Numbered from the stretch's first letter, positions 17,924 to 25,897 are shown. The stretch is DNA of 38,914 bases from an uncultured Candidatus Saccharibacteria bacterium (GCA_964471385.1 CAYYFJ010000001.1:19133-58046); one strand, 5' to 3'. Translations and numbers: made by a program. Notes: a model not told the origin generated them from the letters alone.

Positions 17924-19312
17924 ATGGCTTTGAATCCTGTTTCCGCCGAAACAGTAAAGAAAAACTTTCCGGTTTCATTGTTCCTTGAAAAAATATCCAT
18001 TGAGGCGCGGAGGTCATCCATAATCCGCGCTCTCATGTACGCCTTGCTCATTGCCCCCGTCGCGGCCGCGTTTCTCGCTGTGCTCGTATTTACGGTCGGG
18101 GGAACTCCGACATCGGACGAATGGTCCATTGTGCCATACTTCCAGTACAAGGCTGATGGAACGCTTAGCCTTGTTAAATTGGCGGAGTGGTATAAGGTGC
18201 ACAGATACCTATTTCCACGGATTCTCATTCTTGGTCTCGGCTCAATAACGGGCTGGGATATAGAATGGGAGACGCTAGTCGGATTTCTTTTTTTGTGCGC
18301 GACAGTGTTTTTGATTTTCCAGCGCTACCGCGCGCAAAAAGGAAACCTTTGGCTGTTTGTCCCTGTTGGTTTCATGCTGTTCAGTTTGCGTCAGCATGAA
18401 AACCTTTTTTGGGGGTTTCAGATGGCCATTTACATGGCTATCTTGGGGAGTATCTATGCCCTGTGGCTTCTGGACCGAAAAGTTTCATTTCTACATTTGA
18501 CAGGGGCACTTGTATCAGCGTTCATTGCCACGTTTTCATTTGGAATGGGACCAGCGGTATGGCCCGCCGGGGCCGCGCTTCTGCTTCTCAAAAGACAATG
18601 GAAACATTTATTCTTGTGGATAGGAACTGCCGTAGTAGTCATGGCATTTTATCTACAAGGATTTGAGGTCAGAGGGCAGCAACCAACTCTGCTGATGACG
18701 GGAGCACTGTTCCAAATCGGAACAGGAGCTCCGTTCGCGTTCAGCGCGGACGTGATTAGAAACAAGGCATATAGCCTCGTGGATGCCGTGGTTGCGGCAA
18801 ATATGGCTTTTGCTGTATTTACTGCCATTGGCATGGGCATCTATGCCTCCTGGAAAAAACAGGGGGGAAATGCCTTTTGGTGCGCGCTGGGACTGTTCGG
18901 TCTCGGAACAGTCGCCCTGATAACGCACGCGGAAGCGAGCGTTTTTGTGTCTCGGTACTCGTCATTTACTATGCTGGCCCCTGTTGCGGCGTATGTATTG
19001 ACGCTACATGCAAAAGAAAAATGGATGAAAACTCTTGGCGCCATTCTCGGCGCCATGATACTTGTCTCGGTTACCGCCGCCTTTGCCTACGCACCAAAAG
19101 TCGCGCAAGACATGGCGGCGCTGAGATGGAACCAGTACTACAGTATGACGAAGGGATTTGTTCCATATGATGTAGATTTCTCAAAAGAGGAGATAGTGGG
19201 GCACGCGTGGACGATGGCACGCCTAAAAATTGGAATATACCGCCCCAACCCAAGAGAATACAGCGGAATAATCCAAAAAATCCGCTCTAAACTCTTTGGG
19301 TTACTGCTCTAA
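17924..19312 (+). CDS. Polytopic integral membrane protein (10 or more hydrophobic helices), function unknown, possibly GT-C-type glycosyltransferase or polymerase-like
   Basis: ORF 17864-19312 trimmed to the ATG at 17924, which is preceded by GAGGAGGG with 7-nt spacing. Hydrophobic helices occur throughout. I recognised no catalytic motif. Confidence 0.7.
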   Translation: MALNPVSAETVKKNFPVSLFLEKISIEARRSSIIRALMYALLIAPVAAAFLAVLVFTVGGTPTSDEWSIVPYFQYKADGTLSLVKLAEWYKVHRYLFPRILILGLGSITGWDIEWETLVGFLFLCATVFLIFQRYRAQKGNLWLFVPVGFMLFSLRQHENLFWGFQMAIYMAILGSIYALWLLDRKVSFLHLTGALVSAFIATFSFGMGPAVWPAGAALLLLKRQWKHLFLWIGTAVVVMAFYLQGFEVRGQQPTLLMTGALFQIGTGAPFAFSADVIRNKAYSLVDAVVAANMAFAVFTAIGMGIYASWKKQGGNAFWCALGLFGLGTVALITHAEASVFVSRYSSFTMLAPVAAYVLTLHAKEKWMKTLGAILGAMILVSVTAAFAYAPKVAQDMAALRWNQYYSMTKGFVPYDVDFSKEEIVGHAWTMARLKIGIYRPNPREYSGIIQKIRSKLFGLLL

Positions 19313-19325
19313 CGTGTTTAATGTT

Positions 19326-19359
19326 GCCCCGGGCGCTTGCCAGCCCCGGGGCTTTTTTT
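19326..19359 (+). terminator. Rho-independent terminator
   Basis: GCCCCGGG-11 nt-CCCGGGGC followed by TTTTTTT, 14 nt after the stop at 19312. Confidence 0.8.
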
Positions 19360-19435
19360 ATACAAATCAAAACCCGCGCGCCTAAAAAATCTGCGCGCTC
19401 CATACCGGATACCCTATACTAAATACTTGATGCTT

Positions 19436-20350
19436 CTATTGCTTAGGATGCGTCAGATTGAGAGAAAGCTTTCTTGCAAACGCTTGGAGCTGTTCGTCCA
19501 TGGCGTTGCGCGCCAATCCTTCCCGCACCATAGTTTCAGCTCCAAGCCGGTCCCCTTTTTTCAACAACACATTGGCAAGAAGCAGATACGACTTTGTGTA
19601 GTCTCCGTTAAAGCTGAGCGCCTCCTCGTACAAGCTTTTTGCTTTTTCAAGGTCTCCCAGAGCTTCATACGCTTCCCCTTGCTGAAGGTTCACCAGAGGA
19701 GTTTTCGGAAAAAAACTTTTCAGTTTTTCGTATGAAGCGATGGCGTCTTCATACGCGCCGTTCCATGTCTGTAAAATCGCCAACTGCCAAAGATACCCTC
19801 CGTTGGAGGGATCGGCTTCAAACGCTTTGTGAAAATAGGTCTCTGCCTTTCGCAGACTGCGCGCCTCAAGATACGAAAGCGCCCGTTTATACAGCGCCTT
19901 CCCTTTGTCCTGCGGGTCTGAAAACTGAAGCGCCGCGAGAAAACTTGCGAAGACTCCGGCAGTAAGCAAGATGACCAGCCACCGTACTGTCTCATGCTCC
20001 CTCAAAAACACCGCAACCGGCTCCGTTCCCTTGGAAATTTTCTTGGCAACCTGGTTTCCAAGCAAACGAGAAACAAACCAAGAAATCAAACCAAAAATCC
20101 GCTTGGAAATCCACCCGGAGACCCGCTTGAAAACCAAATATACAACAGCTGTTGCATGCTCAAAAACCCGCCCCCCAATTCGGAGACACACGGAGTGTGT
20201 CTCCGACACAAATTGCCCTAAATGTCCAGCTCGCAACACAGCGTGTTGCAGGACAGCTTGCAGTTGCGGTATAAAATTCGCGCGCCTGCCGGATTGCCGA
20301 TTATGGCCGCCGAATTGCTGATATCCTTTTTCTTTACAAACCCTGCTCAT
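19436..20350 (-). CDS. TPR-repeat protein with a signal-anchor helix. The true start is uncertain (ATG 20350, or GTG 20011 giving 191 aa)
   Basis: C-terminal 150 aa contain TPR-like repeats (AETYFHKAFEADP, YEDAIASYEKL, GDLEKAKSLYEEALSFN, LLLANVLLKKGD). The TM helix is WLVILLTAGVFASFLAALQF. The N-terminal 113 codons read through the REP-A hairpin at 20181-20205. The GTG at 20009-20011 has GGAG 9 nt upstream. Confidence 0.6.
   Translation of the reverse strand: MSRVCKEKGYQQFGGHNRQSGRRANFIPQLQAVLQHAVLRAGHLGQFVSETHSVCLRIGGRVFEHATAVVYLVFKRVSGWISKRIFGLISWFVSRLLGNQVAKKISKGTEPVAVFLREHETVRWLVILLTAGVFASFLAALQFSDPQDKGKALYKRALSYLEARSLRKAETYFHKAFEADPSNGGYLWQLAILQTWNGAYEDAIASYEKLKSFFPKTPLVNLQQGEAYEALGDLEKAKSLYEEALSFNGDYTKSYLLLANVLLKKGDRLGAETMVREGLARNAMDEQLQAFARKLSLNLTHPKQ
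20181..20205. repeat. REP-like hairpin, family A, copy 1 (cGGAGACACAC-gga-GTGTGTCTCCg)
   Basis: Perfect 11-bp stem with a 3-nt loop, read directly. Confidence 0.85.
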
Positions 20351-20378
20351 ATTCGCTTTGAATGTTTTTCACCACTAA

Positions 20379-20399
20379 GAGACACACGGAGTGTGTCTC
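20379..20399. repeat. REP-like hairpin, family A, copy 2, 15 nt 3' of the RayT-like gene stop
   Basis: GAGACACAC-gga-GTGTGTCTC, a perfect 9-bp stem. Confidence 0.85.
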
Positions 20400-20413
20400 C
20401 GCAATGTTTATGA

Positions 20414-21139
20414 CTATTTGTCAAGATAAAGTGAAGAATCATACTGCTCGTATTGTTTGCCCTCTATAACACTCTCAACGAATTCTTTATACTCTTGCGA
20501 ACTTGGAAAAAGCAAGCCGGCGATTCCTTTTTCCGCAACAACGGATTCCCGGAGCCCAAGATATTCTTTGTGAGTACTCCATGGGTATTCCTCGGCAAAT
20601 TTCAAAATTGCTTTTGCGTTCAATACTCCTCTATTCTTTAAATCTGGTTCTACGAGCTGTCCCGGATTGACAACATGCAAATACGCGAGCAAGTATTTCA
20701 TTTGGTCATCGTTTTCAACGCGCACGGCGCGAAAAGGACCTTGAAACAATCCTCCAACGCGGGCATATCTTTCGTTAAAATACTTGGCAAATCCCATGCC
20801 AAGTTTATGCATAAAATTTGAGATGCCGCGTTCTTGGAGCTCTTCAAGAACTAAATGATAATGATTCGGCATAAAACAATCGGCAATAATCCGTACAAGC
20901 GGTGTTCGCACCGGCACTATTTCTTCAAGAGATGCGCGCAATGTTTTAAAATTTAAACGCTTTTTTCTCACGGCAAGATCCCATAAAAGCCGGTGCGAAG
21001 TCGTCTTGTTATTAAATAAGAAGAGCGCTTGGAGAAATCTCCAGCGATCCGTGTCGTCAAGAAAAATATCGCGTTTCTCAACGCCCCGGTTGAATATATG
21101 GTAAATTCCCCCAACCTCAAACTTCAAGTATCTGCTCAT
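20414..21139 (-). CDS. REP-associated tyrosine transposase (RayT / IS200-like Y1 HUH transposase family)
   Basis: YHIFNRG near the N-terminus. HUH motif in CFMPNHYHLVL. FMHKLGMGFAKYFNERY.R.GGLFQG.F. Catalytic Tyr region YLLAYLHVVNP, then YPWSTH. ATG at 21137-21139 (an alternative GTG at 21154 would add 5 aa). Confidence 0.85.
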   Translation of the reverse strand: MSRYLKFEVGGIYHIFNRGVEKRDIFLDDTDRWRFLQALFLFNNKTTSHRLLWDLAVRKKRLNFKTLRASLEEIVPVRTPLVRIIADCFMPNHYHLVLEELQERGISNFMHKLGMGFAKYFNERYARVGGLFQGPFRAVRVENDDQMKYLLAYLHVVNPGQLVEPDLKNRGVLNAKAILKFAEEYPWSTHKEYLGLRESVVAEKGIAGLLFPSSQEYKEFVESVIEGKQYEQYDSSLYLDK

Positions 21140-21149
21140 AACGATTAAA

Positions 21150-21334
21150 GACACTTAGGACACTTAGGACACTTGAGACACACGGAGTGTGTCTCCGACA
21201 CGGAATCGATTATCTGTCAACCCCATTTCCACGCCTCCTACTAAAAAGTGAGGTTTCGGAGACACACGGTTCGGAGACACGGTTCGGAGAGACACACGGA
21301 GTGTGTCTCCGACACGGAAATTGATATCTGTCAA
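21150..21334. repeat. Complex REP-A cluster 5' of the RayT-like gene: 3 x 9-bp gacactt(a/g)(g/a); two 46-bp direct repeats each starting with the hairpin (21175-21220 and 21289-21334); three tandem half-sites ttcggaga(ga)cac(ac)gg (21255-21299)
   Basis: Read directly. Hairpins are gagacacacggagtgtgtctc at 21175-21195 and 21289-21309, both followed by cgacacggaa..gat.atctgtcaa. Confidence 0.85.
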
Positions 21335-21353
21335 TATCTGTGATGTGCGTTAC

Positions 21354-21489
21354 TATCTATCACTAATGAAAACACTGACTGAAACACTATCTATCACTAA
21401 TGAAAACACTGATTGAAACATTATCTATCACTAATGAAAACACTGACTGAAACACTATCTATCACTAATTAAGACACTGACCGAAACAC
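21354..21489. repeat. Tandem repeat, 4 x 34 bp (tatctatcactaatgaaaacactgactgaaacac), iteron-like
   Basis: Copies start at 21354, 21388, 21422 and 21456. The period is exactly 34 bp and the last copy is diverged (taattaagacactgaccgaaacac). Each unit carries two GAAACACT sub-motifs with starts 12-13 nt apart. Confidence 0.9.
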
Positions 21490-21511
21490 TAACTAAAATT
21501 TTACTATACTT

Positions 21512-22273
21512 CTAAGCGGCGAGCCAGCCGCCGTCAACATACAATGTGGCGCCTGTCACATAGCTTGCTTCTTCTGAAGCGAGAAACACCACTGCCGCCG
21601 AGACTTCTTCCGGCTTTCCAATGCGCTTGAGGGGAACTGCCGCGAGCATGGCGTTCATTGCGTCTTGCGGTATTTGCGCCGCAGAAACCATGGGAGTGTC
21701 AATAGCTCCGGGCCCAATCGCATTCACATTGATTCCAAGCGGAGCCCATTCCACGGCAAGCGTCTCTGTCATGCCAAGCACACCGCCTTTTGACGCCGTA
21801 TAATGAACCCCGCCCGCAATGCCGACTCCAACCTGCCCGGACGCGATTGACGCGATGTTGATAATCCGTCCCCACTTGTTCTTTGCCATTTCTTTTGCCG
21901 CGCGCTGGGCGCATAAAAACTCTCCCTTCAAATTGATATGAATTGTTTTCTCCCATTCTTCTTCCGTAAGATCCAGGGCTGGCTTTGGCGCGTAAATTCC
22001 GGCGTTGTTCACAAGAATATCCAATCGCCCAAAATGTTTGACAACCGCGTCAAAAACTTCGTTGACCTCCGCCGCGCTTGACACGTCAAGCTTGAAAGCA
22101 ACGGCTTCTCCGCCTTTTGCCGCGATTTCATCCGCGACCTGCCGGCACTCGCCAAGGTCAATATCCGTCACCGCGACCTTCGCGCCCTGCAGAGCCAACG
22201 CCAGCGCGTGCGCCTTGCCCATTCCCCTTCTCGCGCCCGTCACCAGCGCGACTTTGTTTGTGAGTTCAAACAT
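21512..22273 (-). CDS. Short-chain dehydrogenase/reductase (FabG / glucose-1-dehydrogenase-like)
   Basis: TGARRGMG cofactor motif, NNAG, and catalytic YTASKGG (YxxxK). 253 aa. Confidence 0.9.
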   Translation of the reverse strand: MFELTNKVALVTGARRGMGKAHALALALQGAKVAVTDIDLGECRQVADEIAAKGGEAVAFKLDVSSAAEVNEVFDAVVKHFGRLDILVNNAGIYAPKPALDLTEEEWEKTIHINLKGEFLCAQRAAKEMAKNKWGRIINIASIASGQVGVGIAGGVHYTASKGGVLGMTETLAVEWAPLGINVNAIGPGAIDTPMVSAAQIPQDAMNAMLAAVPLKRIGKPEEVSAAVVFLASEEASYVTGATLYVDGGWLAA

Positions 22274-22446
22274 AAAACAAAAATTAGGTTTCTTAGAGGG
22301 CCGCCATGGTTATTGTATCAGAAAATTGTAAATTCTGAATACTGATCCCTGCCTGTCGGCAGGCAGGCCTGTGTTCTAAACAAATTCAAAACTCAAATCT
22401 CCAAAATGAGAAACTTTGCCGGAGTAAACCTGGTTTGCTCGGACCA

Positions 22447-24678
22447 TTAAAGAGGAGTGCGGCGGAGAAGCAGGGCGTTGAAAGCGACAATAACCGTGCT
22501 CAACGACATTAACACGGCGGAAAATGCGGGCTGAAGCACAATGCCCCATGAAGCCAACGCGCCTGCGGCAAGCGGAAGCGCGGCGACATTGTATCCTGTC
22601 GCCCAAAAAAGATTCTGTATCATTTTGCGCCATGTGGCGCGGGAAAGCCGGATGATTTTTACAATGTCTCTCGGGTCGCTTTTGACAAGGATGATGCCCG
22701 CAGACTCAATGGCAACATTCGTGCCAGCTCCAATCGCAACTCCCAAGTCTGCCTGCGTTAAGGCGGGAGCGTCGTTGATGCCGTCTCCCACCATGGCCAC
22801 TGCCAGCTTTCTGCCGGAATTTTCAATTTTCAATTTTAAATTTTCAAATTCTCCTTTTTGAATCTGCTCCACGATGCGCGCCTTTTCATCTGGAAGCACC
22901 CGCGAAAAATACTTATCAATTCCAATTTCTTTGCTGACCCACGCGGCAACGTCTTCCGAGTCTCCTGTCATCATCGCGATTTTCACGCCCATCGCTTTCA
23001 AGTTGGCAATCGCTTCTCTGGATTCCTCGCGAATCACATCCGCAAGGGCGAACGCTCCGATTATTTCTCCCGATCGCACGACATAAATAACCGTCTTCCC
23101 CTTTTTGTTTTCCTCCTGAATTTCAAGCTCTGCATCTTTGGACAAAGAACCTTTCGCGTATTCCAGTATCGCAGATCCTCCGACAAAAATTTCTTCCCCG
23201 CCGTTCACTATGCCCTTTACTCCTTTTCCCGCAAGCCGCGTAAAATCTGCCACGCCAACAAATGAAATGCCCTGCTCTTTTGCTTTACGCACGATTGCTT
23301 TGGAAATGAAATGCTCCGAATGGCTGTCCACGGAAGCGGCAAGCCGCAGAACCTCGTCTTTGCTGTTTTCTCCAAAGCTCCAGATGTTCTGCACTCCGTA
23401 TTCTCCTTTGGTCAGCGTGCCCGTTTTGTCAAACATCACCACATCAATCCTGCGCGCGGCTTCAAGCGCAAGGCGCTGTTTCACAAGCAAACCGTTGCGC
23501 GCGGCCAATGTGGTTGAAAGAGACGCAACCAGAGGAACCGCGAGTCCCAGGGCATGGGGGCAGGCAATCACAAGCACCGCCACAAGCCGCTCGGTCGCGG
23601 TTGCAAATCCCGCCCCGACTGCAATCCACGAAATAAACGCGATGCTTCCGGCGCTTACCGCAACCCATGTCAGATAAGAGGCGGCGCGATCGGAAAGCAG
23701 TTGAAGCCGCGACTTTGACCTCTGGGCCTCCCGCACTAAACGCATAATGCCGGATAAAAAAGTCTGTTCTCCGATTTTCGTTACTTTTATTTTCAGATTG
23801 CCGTCTCCGTTGATGGTTCCCGCAATGACCTCGCTTCCTGCTTCTTTTGAAACCGGCTTTGACTCTCCTGTCACCATTGACTCATTCACCTGCGATTTGC
23901 CTTCCGACACAACGCCGTCAGCGGGAGTGTTCCCGCCCGGGCGCACCATGACAATGTCGCCAACCTTCAGCTCGGAAAGCGCAACAATTGCGGTAGCGCC
24001 GCCGCGCACCACCTCGGCTTTGTCGGGAAGCAATTTTGAAAGCTCCTTGAGCGCGCCCTGCGTGCCCTGCACCGCTTTCATCTCAATCCAATGCCCCAAC
24101 AGCATCACGGTGATAAGCGTTGTCAGCTCCCAAAAAAGCGTATGCTCTCCGGTCTGTCCCAGCACCACCGCCACGCTGTACGCATACGCGGCTGAAATCG
24201 CAATGCCGATCAAAGTCATCATGCCGGGCATTCTGCCCTGCATTTCTCGCCACCCCCCGATAAGAAACACCCAGCCGCCGTAAAAAAACACAAACGAGCT
24301 CAACGCAAGCGAAAGATACTGCGGATAGAATTGCGCGGGAACGCGCCATCCGAGAAATTTCTCCGTCAGCTCCGACAGCAAAACAACGGGAATAGTCAGC
24401 GCCAAACTCACCCAAAACTTCACCAGAAATGCCCGCGTGCTATGTCCGGCGTGTTTGTCCTGGTCTGCATGTTCTGTGTCTTGTTTTCTGTTGCTTGCCT
24501 GTCCAGAGCTATGCCGAGGGGTTGACTGTTTGGTTCTGACTAAAGCCATTCCGCACTCCGGACATCTTCCCGGCTCTTTTTCTTGTATTTCAGGATGCAT
24601 GGGACAAGTAAAAATTCCTTCGGCGGCGCCGTTTTCTTTTTGATGGTTGGCATTGGAATGATGATTGCAACAGTCCAT
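22447..24678 (-). CDS. copB: Heavy-metal (copper) translocating P1B-type ATPase, CPH-motif subtype, with His-rich N-terminus and CPxC...CPxCGM metal-binding ribbon
   Basis: MDCCNHHSNANHQ; FTCPMHPE...GRCPECGMAL; TM6 motif ACPHALGLAVP; DKTGTLT phosphorylation site; GDGINDAPAL hinge. Confidence 0.88.
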   Translation of the reverse strand: MDCCNHHSNANHQKENGAAEGIFTCPMHPEIQEKEPGRCPECGMALVRTKQSTPRHSSGQASNRKQDTEHADQDKHAGHSTRAFLVKFWVSLALTIPVVLLSELTEKFLGWRVPAQFYPQYLSLALSSFVFFYGGWVFLIGGWREMQGRMPGMMTLIGIAISAAYAYSVAVVLGQTGEHTLFWELTTLITVMLLGHWIEMKAVQGTQGALKELSKLLPDKAEVVRGGATAIVALSELKVGDIVMVRPGGNTPADGVVSEGKSQVNESMVTGESKPVSKEAGSEVIAGTINGDGNLKIKVTKIGEQTFLSGIMRLVREAQRSKSRLQLLSDRAASYLTWVAVSAGSIAFISWIAVGAGFATATERLVAVLVIACPHALGLAVPLVASLSTTLAARNGLLVKQRLALEAARRIDVVMFDKTGTLTKGEYGVQNIWSFGENSKDEVLRLAASVDSHSEHFISKAIVRKAKEQGISFVGVADFTRLAGKGVKGIVNGGEEIFVGGSAILEYAKGSLSKDAELEIQEENKKGKTVIYVVRSGEIIGAFALADVIREESREAIANLKAMGVKIAMMTGDSEDVAAWVSKEIGIDKYFSRVLPDEKARIVEQIQKGEFENLKLKIENSGRKLAVAMVGDGINDAPALTQADLGVAIGAGTNVAIESAGIILVKSDPRDIVKIIRLSRATWRKMIQNLFWATGYNVAALPLAAGALASWGIVLQPAFSAVLMSLSTVIVAFNALLLRRTPL

Positions 24679-24702
24679 AAAAGAAAAAGTTAAAAGTTAA
24701 AA

Positions 24703-24782
24703 TTCAAAAGTCAAAAGCATATGTCAAAAGTAAAAAGTTAAAATACTCCATTGCTTTTGCCTTTTGCATTTTGACTTTTGAA
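24703..24782. repeat. 14-bp perfect inverted repeat TTCAAAAGTCAAAA / TTTTGACTTTTGAA separated by 52 nt, inside an AT-rich aaaagt-type low-complexity spacer
   Basis: Arms at 24703-24716 and 24769-24782, read directly. The repeat lies between the DUF5676-like gene stop and the copB start. Confidence 0.75.
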
Positions 24783-24851
24783 ATAGCAGCGCGGTTTACA
24801 GCGACGGCTTCCTTCCCGAAAAACAGGAAGGAAACTCTCACCGCAACGATA

Positions 24852-25163
24852 TCACTGGCGAAGAGAACGGTTATACAGCCATGCAAACGCCCATGCGGTT
24901 GCGTACGCAAGCGCGGCAACCTCAACAAGTCCGGCAACAAAGCCGGTTGCAGTCACTCCGGCGTTCACCACTGATTCAAGATTAACCAGGTGTATCATCC
25001 ATCCAAACAGCTTCAGCCCAAGTTCAGGAGCCAGCGCAACCAATGTCGCGCACAGCACATACCAAACTCCCATGACTTTGGCTAAAGCAAGCGCAAACTT
25101 TTTTGTGTTCAGTTCCATAATGCTGTGTAAAAACCCTGTCTTCTTATTATAGGTGTCGACCAT
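24852..25163 (-). CDS. DUF5676-like small membrane protein (alternative start ATG 25118)
   Basis: Two or three hydrophobic helices and a C-terminal ...AWAFAWLYNR, as I recall for DUF5676 proteins. Its ATG abuts the csoR stop codon. Confidence 0.6.
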   Translation of the reverse strand: MVDTYNKKTGFLHSIMELNTKKFALALAKVMGVWYVLCATLVALAPELGLKLFGWMIHLVNLESVVNAGVTATGFVAGLVEVAALAYATAWAFAWLYNRSLRQ

Positions 25164-25442
25164 CTATTTCTTTTTCGCGACTTGAAACACAGACAAGATT
25201 TCTTTCACTGCTTTTGATTTGTTGCCGTGCGCCATCTGCTCTCCCAAGTGCGTAGAGAGATGATTTTCCAGCAACAAATCTTCCACGCGAGACAGCGCTT
25301 CCCTTGCCGCGGAGGACTGGCGCAAAATGTCAATGCAGTACACCTCTTCTTCCACCATGCGCTGGAGCCCCCGTATCTGCCCTTCCAAAATTTTCAGCCG
25401 GCGCAGAGCCTTGTTTTTGAGCGGCGTTTTCATACTTTGCAT
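25164..25442 (-). CDS. csoR: CsoR/RcnR-family metal-sensing transcriptional repressor (alternative start ATG 25433)
   Basis: RL.RI.GQ..G...M pattern (LRRLKILEGQIRGLQRMVEEE.YCIDIL.Q..A...AL). 92 aa. Located upstream of a copper ATPase. Confidence 0.85.
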   Translation of the reverse strand: MQSMKTPLKNKALRRLKILEGQIRGLQRMVEEEVYCIDILRQSSAAREALSRVEDLLLENHLSTHLGEQMAHGNKSKAVKEILSVFQVAKKK

Positions 25443-25443
25443 G

Positions 25444-25470
25444 ATACCCCTAGGGGGTATTTCGTGTCAA
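25444..25470 (-). promoter_or_regulatory. CsoR-type operator ATACCCC-TAG-GGGGTAT (25444-25460) lying between a -35 TTGACA (25465-25470) and a -10-like TATCAT that overlaps the first ATG
   Basis: The 17-nt palindrome is read directly. GC-tract palindromes of the form TACCC..GGGTA are the known CsoR operator type. Minus strand reads TTGACAcgaaATACCCCCTAGGGGTATCATGcaaagtATG. Confidence 0.6.
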
Positions 25471-25500
25471 GAAGAAAGCGGCATGCATCGCACAGAAAAC

Positions 25501-25539
25501 AAAAACCCGCCCGGCGCTTAGCGCATAGGGCGAGTTTTT
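25501..25539. terminator. Terminator-like composite hairpin flanked by A5 and T5, downstream of RRM gene 2
   Basis: aaaaa-cc-CGCCC-g-GCGC-tta-GCGC-ata-GGGCG-ag-ttttt. Confidence 0.5.
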
Positions 25540-25558
25540 GTGTAAACATCCGGAAAAT

Positions 25559-25897
25559 TTAGTAATCTCTCCTTCTTGCTCCAAATCCTCCTCCTCTTCG
25601 GTCTCCGCCGTCTCTGCCTCCAAATCCTCCCGTTCTCTGCGGGCGATCGGAAAGCGGGCGCGCTTCATTCACGGTGAGCGTTCTGCCGTCAAGTTCCTTG
25701 CCGTTGAACATATCAATGGCGGCCTGCGCTTCCTCGTCGCTTGCCATTTCCACAAATCCGAATCCGCGCGATCTGCCGGAAATCTTGTCTATGATCAGAG
25801 TCGCGGACTCCACGGTTCCCGCCTGCGCAAACGTACTGCGCAAAGTCTCTTCGCTTGTTCCGTAGGAAAGTCCTCCAACATAAAGCTTCTTTGCCAT
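25559..25897 (-). CDS. RRM-domain RNA-binding protein with C-terminal RGG-rich tail, paralog 2
   Basis: MAKKLYVGGLSY (RNP-2) and RGFGFVEM (RNP-1). The tail is GGFGGRDGGDRRGGGFGARRRDY. Confidence 0.88.
   Translation of the reverse strand: MAKKLYVGGLSYGTSEETLRSTFAQAGTVESATLIIDKISGRSRGFGFVEMASDEEAQAAIDMFNGKELDGRTLTVNEARPLSDRPQRTGGFGGRDGGDRRGGGFGARRRDY

Noticed and set aside
21354-21489. Possible CRISPR array or tRNA-like element in the 34-bp tandem repeats
   Set aside because: The units are directly abutting with no spacers. The sequence is AT-rich and lacks a repeat palindrome or cloverleaf potential.
22348-22367. Hairpin CCTGCCTG-tcgg-CAGGCAGG downstream of copB, considered as a terminator or third REP family
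   Set aside because: There is a single copy in the window and no U-tract on the copB-sense strand. The evidence is insufficient to call either a terminator or a repeat family.
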